Assembly (NCBI GenBank): GCA_051652765.1
Contig: JBOFUV010000109.1
Coordinates: forward strand, 1 to 32,595
DNA: 32,595 nt
Direction of reading: 5' to 3'
Source of the DNA: Microcoleaceae cyanobacterium
GTDB lineage: Bacteria > Cyanobacteriota > Cyanobacteriia > Cyanobacteriales > Microcoleaceae
Below the pieces are notes generated by a model, which searched no databases, was not told the origin of the DNA, and saw nothing but the letters and a program-made list of their open reading frames with translations. Of the stretch, positions 26,258-32,595 are shown in pieces. The position numbers were made by a program, and so were the translations under genes. Each line of letters begins with the position of its first letter. Positions within the stretch are counted from its first letter, which is position 1.

Positions 26258-28342
26258 TCAGAACGATAAGGACTGCTCTAGTTCCCTCAACTCCTGATCC
26301 AGCACCTCAATTTCACCTAAAATTTCCTCCACACTTCGCAACTTTTCTGGCTTGTAAAAAACCTTATTAAAATTAATCTCTACCCCCACCCCATTTTCCA
26401 AATACTCAAACGGCTTCGTAATATACTTCGCCATAAACGCCGCAATGGTTGACTGGTTCTCCCCCTCATCCCGCCGAAACGGAATAATCTCATAATCCTT
26501 CTGATAGTCCGGTGTTAGCTCCACAGTCACCTCAATCCGTTCTGGCTGAGTCTTCGTCCCCTTCTTCCACGCCGCCTTCACCACAATTTTCCCACAGCCC
26601 AACTCCTCCCGCTTCCCCAACGCATCCTTCACCAGCGTTTCCCGCTCTGCATCAAACCGATACATCGCCTGATCCGTCGTCGTCACCACCAACGGCTGCT
26701 CTTTGTAATCTAGCGAATCAATAAACGGCTTAACATCCTGCTCGTAAAATGCTAAGAGATCCCCCCAGCCCGCCTTATTAAGGGGGGTGCCGATAGGCGG
26801 GGGGATCGTAATTGTAAATTCTGTCAGCGATCGCTCCCCATTCTCCAGCTTCACCGGCGACAGCTTCAGGCTCGTCTTCCCCTCCTTCAACAGACTCGCA
26901 AACGTTCTGCCCTGCTCATCCACATTCGTGAGCATGATCGCCTGCTTATTAAAATAGAAAAACTCCTTCTCAAACACCCGCCCATAGTCATTATCCACAA
27001 ACCGCGCCAGCGTCTCTACAATCTTCAAGCGGCTGGTTTCATCCACCTCCTTCCGCTTCGATCCCTTATTCTTTTTCAGCGGCTTAAACTGATCGCTCGC
27101 GTTAATCAACATCACCCGATCCTTACGGTCAGCCGACTTCCGCTTGTTCAACACCCAAAGATAGGTATAAATCCCCGTGTTAAAAAACTCATCCGTCGGT
27201 AACTGAATCACCGCCTCCACGATATCCGAATCCAGCATCCATTTACGAATATTGCTCTCCGAAGACCCCGCATCCCCACTAAACAGCGTCGAGCCATTGT
27301 GAACCACCACTCCCATCCCCGTCGCATTCAGCTTCGCGACCAAATGCTGCATAAACAATAATTGACCATCCGAAATCGACGGCAAAAACTGAAACCGCTG
27401 CGTCTTATCGTTCCGCAGATCCTTCTCATAGCCCTTCCAACTCACCCCATAGGGCGGGTTAGCAATCACCACATCAAACTCATCGTTATAGAACTTGTCA
27501 TCCGTCAGCGTATTGCCATGCTCAATCTTAGAATCCACCCGAAACCGACTCTCAATTTTCGCCAACGCATACAGCGCATCATTCCAGTCCTGCCCAAAGG
27601 TTTGCGTTAGCCGCTTAGACCGTTCATGAATCCGATCCTCCACCCCAAACAGCAAATTCCCTCCGCCGCAGGTACAGTCGTAGATTTTGAGTAGGCGATC
27701 GGAATCCTCAATCTTCGAGGCAATAATCTCCGCAATTAGCCCAATCACATCATCCGGCGTATATTGCTCCCCTGCCGTCTCCGCCGAAATATCCGCCCAG
27801 CGCCGCTTAATATGTTCCTCTAGCGTCGTAATCGCCGAGTTGTCAAAAGGCTTGAGGTCAATCCCACTCCACTCCTTCGTATACCCCAGCAACACCTTCT
27901 TCGACTTCAGCTTGGCAACCACACCCTTAATATCCAGAAACTTCTCCCCCTCCGTTGCATCCACCCCCAGCAAATCCTTCGTCTCCCCATCAAAGCCCCG
28001 CAGATAAGCCTCAAAGTCCACATCAAAGGACTTATCGTTCTGACAAATATCCTTCAGCGTCTGGTTCTTCTCAAAAATAAACTTGTTATAGCCCTGCCCC
28101 TCATCATCAATCAAGGCAATCAAATCTTCCGGCAAAATCTCCGCCAACCTCGCTTCCCCAATTTTCGTCTTCAGCTCATCAAACATCCTCACCAAACGGC
28201 TCTCGATCATCACCAAAGCAAAGAACGGCATCATGTAGGACGGCCATTCCGACTCCTTAATGCCACTGCCCCGAAGCAGGTCAGCCGTTGCCCAGATTTT
28301 GGACTCGTATTGGAGAATATTCTGCGTTGCTATTGATCCCAT
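26258..28342 (-). CDS. hsdM: Type I restriction-modification N6-adenine methyltransferase
   Basis: IWATADLLRG, AGEQYTP, YDCTCGGGNLL (motif I), ANPPY (motif IV), FFNTGI. Confidence 0.95.
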   Translation of the reverse strand: MGSIATQNILQYESKIWATADLLRGSGIKESEWPSYMMPFFALVMIESRLVRMFDELKTKIGEARLAEILPEDLIALIDDEGQGYNKFIFEKNQTLKDICQNDKSFDVDFEAYLRGFDGETKDLLGVDATEGEKFLDIKGVVAKLKSKKVLLGYTKEWSGIDLKPFDNSAITTLEEHIKRRWADISAETAGEQYTPDDVIGLIAEIIASKIEDSDRLLKIYDCTCGGGNLLFGVEDRIHERSKRLTQTFGQDWNDALYALAKIESRFRVDSKIEHGNTLTDDKFYNDEFDVVIANPPYGVSWKGYEKDLRNDKTQRFQFLPSISDGQLLFMQHLVAKLNATGMGVVVHNGSTLFSGDAGSSESNIRKWMLDSDIVEAVIQLPTDEFFNTGIYTYLWVLNKRKSADRKDRVMLINASDQFKPLKKNKGSKRKEVDETSRLKIVETLARFVDNDYGRVFEKEFFYFNKQAIMLTNVDEQGRTFASLLKEGKTSLKLSPVKLENGERSLTEFTITIPPPIGTPLNKAGWGDLLAFYEQDVKPFIDSLDYKEQPLVVTTTDQAMYRFDAERETLVKDALGKREELGCGKIVVKAAWKKGTKTQPERIEVTVELTPDYQKDYEIIPFRRDEGENQSTIAAFMAKYITKPFEYLENGVGVEINFNKVFYKPEKLRSVEEILGEIEVLDQELRELEQSLSF
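26758..26807. repeat. Short dispersed repeat embedded in frame in hsdM
   Basis: GATCCCCCCAGCCCGCCTTATTAAGGGGGGTGCCGATAGGCGGGGGGATC, encoding IPPPIGTPLNKAGWGD. Confidence 0.7.
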
Positions 28343-28507
28343 TTTTCTCTAGCCCTACCTTCATTTTATCAGACAGTTTTAGAGAAACCTCTCAGCGAGA
28401 AACAAGATCTAACAGCCTAACTGCTAATTTAGAGAATTCGAGTAGTTGAAGCAGCGCTTAATTACAGAACAGGAGAGATATCAAATGGATTCTACATGGA
28501 TTAACTG

Positions 28508-29809
28508 CTAACCACAATGCACCGTCAGGATGGTTACCGGGTTCAGGGGGGAAAATCGAGTTAAATTTCCCACGGGTACGGAATGAGAAAGCTGAACCTG
28601 AAGCAAACGATAGTGCCAATTGGGTTCCACTTTAATGCGTTCCTCTAGCCAGCGTTGAGCTAGGCTCAAATGCTCTAGGGTGGCAAATGCCATGACCATG
28701 ACTCCCCTAGGCAACAACCTCAAGCTACAGACTCCTAGAACTTGATCCAACTGTCCACCACTTCCCCCAATAAAAACTCGATGGGGCGATCGCAAACGAT
28801 GCAAAATTTCAGGGGCTTCTCCATGAATAGAAACAATATTATTCACCTGAAATCGTTTCATATTTTGCTCAACTAAAATGCTTCCTGCTGCTGTTTTTTC
28901 AACTGCATAAACCGTTGAGTCAGGAAATAATCGAGCAATTTCAATCGAAATCGATCCAGTTCCAGCCCCCACATCCCAAATGACCTGACCGGGTTGTAAC
29001 GCCAATTCTCCCAGAATTAACGTTCGAACTTCGCGCTTGGTCATCAGTCCTGGGCGATCGCTATAGCTACAAAACAAACGATCTGGAATACCGAGCAGGG
29101 GCAACTGACTTATGTCTAGCGGCTCTTTTGGGTCTGCTGATTGATGGAGCAAGACGACAATATTTAAGGGCGAAAATGTTTGAGTCTGAACGGTCTCAAT
29201 GCTCCACTGTTGAACCTGTTCCTGGGGACTTCCCAGATTTTCGCAAACCCAAAATTGATAGTGAGTCGCTAAATCCACCGCGAGTAACAAACGAGCGATC
29301 GCCTTTGGCGTATGAATGTTATCCGTTAATATCGCAATTTTCTCGACTCGCTGGCGCAACGCTTGGGTTAACGTCTCAGAAGAACGCCCATGGACGCTCA
29401 CAACCTGAGCATCTTGCCATGGGACTTTAATGCGACTAAACGCAAGCTGAACTGAACTCACATGGGGATGGAAGATCAACTGTTCCGGTGGAAACTGCGC
29501 CAATAGCAGTCGCCCTAAGCCAAAAAACAAGGGATCACCGGACACTAAAACAACAACGTAAGGGCTAGACGTTATGCCTGTAGAGTTAAATGAAGCGTTC
29601 CAAGTCTCTAAGTGTTGGTGAATTTGCTGGGCAACTTCAATCAAATCTCCCAAAACCAGACGTTGAGCGTTACAGTCTGGAAAATAACTCAGATGGCGAT
29701 CGCTTCCGACCAAAACCGTTGCATGATTTACAATTTGCAGGATGGACTCCTTCAGTCCTACTGCTCCATCTAAGCCAATGCCGACAACGTGTATATTCTG
29801 GAGGTTCAA
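28508..29809 (-). CDS. cbiET: Bifunctional precorrin-6Y C5,15-methyltransferase (CbiE/CbiT, CobL)
   Basis: HVVGIG, VLVSGDPLFFGLG, VSVHGR, MTKREVR, WDVGAGTGSISIE, VFIGGSGG. Confidence 0.93.
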   Translation of the reverse strand: MNLQNIHVVGIGLDGAVGLKESILQIVNHATVLVGSDRHLSYFPDCNAQRLVLGDLIEVAQQIHQHLETWNASFNSTGITSSPYVVVLVSGDPLFFGLGRLLLAQFPPEQLIFHPHVSSVQLAFSRIKVPWQDAQVVSVHGRSSETLTQALRQRVEKIAILTDNIHTPKAIARLLLAVDLATHYQFWVCENLGSPQEQVQQWSIETVQTQTFSPLNIVVLLHQSADPKEPLDISQLPLLGIPDRLFCSYSDRPGLMTKREVRTLILGELALQPGQVIWDVGAGTGSISIEIARLFPDSTVYAVEKTAAGSILVEQNMKRFQVNNIVSIHGEAPEILHRLRSPHRVFIGGSGGQLDQVLGVCSLRLLPRGVMVMAFATLEHLSLAQRWLEERIKVEPNWHYRLLQVQLSHSVPVGNLTRFSPLNPVTILTVHCG

Positions 29810-29844
29810 AGTTGGAGTTTAAGGTTGGGGTTCAATCTGGAAGG

Positions 29845-30558
29845 TCAATGGCAGGTATTTGCAGTATCGGATGCTGATTCCCACGCCAATATCATTAAAG
29901 CATTCAAGATTGCCGCTGCTACAGGGGAACCTCCCTTACGTCCCTCAACTCGGATCTGGGGCACTTCTGTTTGAGCTAGAGCTACTTTTGCCTCAACCAC
30001 AGCTACAAACCCAACAGGCACCCCGACAACCAAGGCGGGAGTCATTCGGCCCTGCTGAATTTCGGCGCACAGGGATAGCAGCGCGGTGGGGGCGTTTCCC
30101 ACAACAAAAATAGCGCCAGGAAATTGGGCGATCGCCTGTAGCATTCCAGTTTCCGTTCTGGTTTTGTTGGCAAGAGGTTCTGTTGCAAAGTCTAGGGCAC
30201 AAACCAGAGGATTTTGAAAAGTTTTTGTGACCTTGTTTTGGATGCCCTGTTTGACCATATTGACATCGGTGACAATTGGAACCCTCTGTTGCAAAGCTTT
30301 GATTCCGGCAGCAATAGCATCAGGACTAAACCGAATTAACTGAGCAAAGTCAAAATCTGCTGTGGCATGAATCACTCGTTGCACAATGGCATATTCCTCT
30401 GGGGTGAAGCACTGTTTGGTGAGATAGGCTCCGATTTCTTGATCAATGCGTTGAAATGATTGCCGCATAATTTCATCTCCCAGCAGACCGTTCGCTTGAG
30501 GGGGGTTCAGATGATTGTCCTCCATCTCAAATAATTGGCTTCCTCTAAAAGTTTTCAT
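29845..30558 (-). CDS. cobH: Precorrin-8X methylmutase (start may be ATG at 30525)
   Basis: RVIHATADF, TDVNMV, VGNAPTAL, GVPVGFV, GRKGGSPVAAAILNAL. Confidence 0.95.
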   Translation of the reverse strand: MKTFRGSQLFEMEDNHLNPPQANGLLGDEIMRQSFQRIDQEIGAYLTKQCFTPEEYAIVQRVIHATADFDFAQLIRFSPDAIAAGIKALQQRVPIVTDVNMVKQGIQNKVTKTFQNPLVCALDFATEPLANKTRTETGMLQAIAQFPGAIFVVGNAPTALLSLCAEIQQGRMTPALVVGVPVGFVAVVEAKVALAQTEVPQIRVEGRKGGSPVAAAILNALMILAWESASDTANTCH

Positions 30559-30664
30559 CTGTCACTTTATCTGTCATTGTGATCTCATTTTGCGCGATCA
30601 CCCAAAATCCTGGGAAGGTTCTACTTTACAATAGCTTATACGGTGAGGAGAACTGAGGAAATAC

Positions 30665-31582
30665 ATGGCTTATTGGATAAAACAGCGGTTAAACGTTAGA
30701 TTTGGTCTGCGACTATGGGGTCAACTGATCTGTTTTCTATTGCTTTTTGCAATGAGTTTGACTCTTACCGGGGCTTCACAAGATGCTGATACGGTGAGAG
30801 TGCCAATTTTTGGGTTCCACGACATTATTGACTTAGATGATCCCCAGGAACTTCCGCCGAATCGACCTGGATTTGAGAGTGACTACACGAAACAAAATCT
30901 CTATCCATTTTTAAACTATTTAGTAGACCAAAACTACTGGTTTCTCTCTACTCAAGATTTGTACACGTATTTTATTAAGAGATCCGAGCCTGTTCCGGAA
31001 GAATATCTCGACCGTAAGCCGGTGATGATTACCTTTGATGATGGTTACTACAGTGCATACAAAAATGTGTTGCCAATTCTGAAAGATTTGGAGAGAAACT
31101 ATGGAGAAATCGTGAAAGTCGTCCTGTTTATCAACCCAAAATATACAGGTGCAAAGATGGCGGGTTATCTCCCCCATATAAGCTGTGAAGAAATGCAGGA
31201 AGGATATCGGTTGAAGTTCTATGATATTCAATCTCACGGACATACTCATCAACAACTCACGCGCTTAAAATTCAAGGGATTGCAAGAAGAGTTAGGACTT
31301 GCCAAAAATTCTCTCCGAAAATGCTTGAAGGATCTGGATACCAAAGGTTGGACATCTGCCCATATTGCTTATCCTTTTGGGGCGAGTTCAAAGCGAGTTG
31401 AAAAATCTTTGCCGCAGTATTATTTGACGGGATATCTGTACGACGATACAATCTCTAGACCCAACAAACTTCGGAATCCTTATCGTATTTCGCGTATCCG
31501 AACGAATCTGTCTATGAGTCCTAGTCAGTTAATTAAAATTGCGGAGCGGGCAACTTTAATTCGTAAGGAATATAACAACTAA
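30665..31582 (+). CDS. Exported polysaccharide deacetylase (NodB/CE4 family)
   Basis: N-terminal hydrophobic signal; VPIFGFH, ITFDDGY, QSHGHTH, AYPFG. Confidence 0.88.
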   Translation: MAYWIKQRLNVRFGLRLWGQLICFLLLFAMSLTLTGASQDADTVRVPIFGFHDIIDLDDPQELPPNRPGFESDYTKQNLYPFLNYLVDQNYWFLSTQDLYTYFIKRSEPVPEEYLDRKPVMITFDDGYYSAYKNVLPILKDLERNYGEIVKVVLFINPKYTGAKMAGYLPHISCEEMQEGYRLKFYDIQSHGHTHQQLTRLKFKGLQEELGLAKNSLRKCLKDLDTKGWTSAHIAYPFGASSKRVEKSLPQYYLTGYLYDDTISRPNKLRNPYRISRIRTNLSMSPSQLIKIAERATLIRKEYNN

Positions 31583-31731
31583 GCTGCCAGATATACCCCT
31601 GTTAACTAGATTTGATGTAGCAATTTCAATTCTAGTTAAATATAGGAAGTTTGGGGACTTCGCCCCAAACCCTATTGGTTCATATTTAATTGCGTGGAAA
31701 ACTCTATAGAGTCAAGCTTGACTAGACTCAA

Positions 31732-32469
31732 TTAAAACAAGTTTGCAGATGCAGAACCACTAAAGTATCCGGTGGGCAAGAAGAAGATTTCATCTCCAGC
31801 CATTTCTGCTTGAAACTCAGAGGGAATAGCAGTTCCTGCTTCAACCAAGAATATTTGTTTGACAACCAAATTGGATGTCGGAAGCAACAAACTATCTAGG
31901 TTTGCTACCTCTTGCTTTTGAGCTAACTCATTAGCAATATTTCCCTGAACCTCAGACAACGCCCCTTGTAGATCCTCGGGCTTAAGAGTCTCTAATCCTG
32001 CTCCTTGAAATCCTAGGTCATAGAGAGAACCACCCGCTTTTAATTGCTCAATTGCCTGGATCAGAGTAGCCTCGGACTCTCTCAACCCTGTTAACGGATC
32101 AGAAAGTTCAGAATTGCCTCCTAGCTCTGCACTATTTTCGGGATTGCTGTTGAGAAGACGACCAGAAAAGTCAATGCTAGGAAGCAACTGGAGTGGGTCA
32201 TTAATCATATCACCCAAACCGACGAGGCGTACTATATAACCATCAGACAAGGAATCACCAATGAGCAGATCCTGACCTTCCTGCCTGAACTCAACAATGT
32301 AAGGAATATCATCACTACTCGAAGTATTCAGAACATCAAAATTGAAAGAACTTACTCCCAATGCTCCAAATCCTCCAAATCCTAAACTATCACCTTCAGA
32401 TGAATTGAAATCAGAAAGTGAATCTCCACTGCTACTACTGTTTGTTCCGAAAATAACTGCCATGTTCAA
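31732..32469 (-). CDS. Hypothetical acidic Ser/Gly-rich protein
   Basis: 245-aa ORF with no competing frame; GGAG upstream of ATG at 32463; no recognisable motif. Confidence 0.6.
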   Translation of the reverse strand: MNMAVIFGTNSSSSGDSLSDFNSSEGDSLGFGGFGALGVSSFNFDVLNTSSSDDIPYIVEFRQEGQDLLIGDSLSDGYIVRLVGLGDMINDPLQLLPSIDFSGRLLNSNPENSAELGGNSELSDPLTGLRESEATLIQAIEQLKAGGSLYDLGFQGAGLETLKPEDLQGALSEVQGNIANELAQKQEVANLDSLLLPTSNLVVKQIFLVEAGTAIPSEFQAEMAGDEIFFLPTGYFSGSASANLF

Positions 32470-32595
32470 ACTCCAGATAAATTAGTAGAACTTTCTGCTG
32501 TGAACACCCCCGGTAAGTCAACTCACTTGTCAGAATAACAAAAAATTTATTGAATAAAAGCTAAGATAACAAATTCTAATTTATATCTATAAAGA

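Overview
Cyanobacterial chromosomal window (frequent HIP1 GCGATCGC octamers, a Psb34/Ssl1498-like peptide, cyanobacterial short dispersed repeats). The housekeeping genes are a PfkB kinase, a rhodanese, thiG, glgA, sdhA, an ABC-F ATPase, cbiET, cobH and a polysaccharide deacetylase. They surround two accessory blocks. Block 1 (~7.75-16.7 kb) holds a TPR remnant, an 11x22-bp tandem array, a beta-rich 309-aa unknown protein, a CHAT (caspase-like) protease with intact His/Cys motifs, three toxin-antitoxin (TA) cassettes bounded by duplicated promoter/gene-start segments, and an LRR-Roc-COR (Roco) protein with 20 near-identical 69-bp repeats. The protease and the Roco protein end in the same 23-aa N/Q/G-rich motif. 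This suggests an amyloid-coupled sensor -> protease -> pore-forming effector defence system, which is an inference that has not been tested. Block 2 (~19.1-28.3 kb) is a type I restriction-modification locus (hsdM-hsdS-hsdR) interleaved with three more TA pairs and a duplicated alternative hsdM 3' end. All family assignments come from motif recognition by eye, without database searches.
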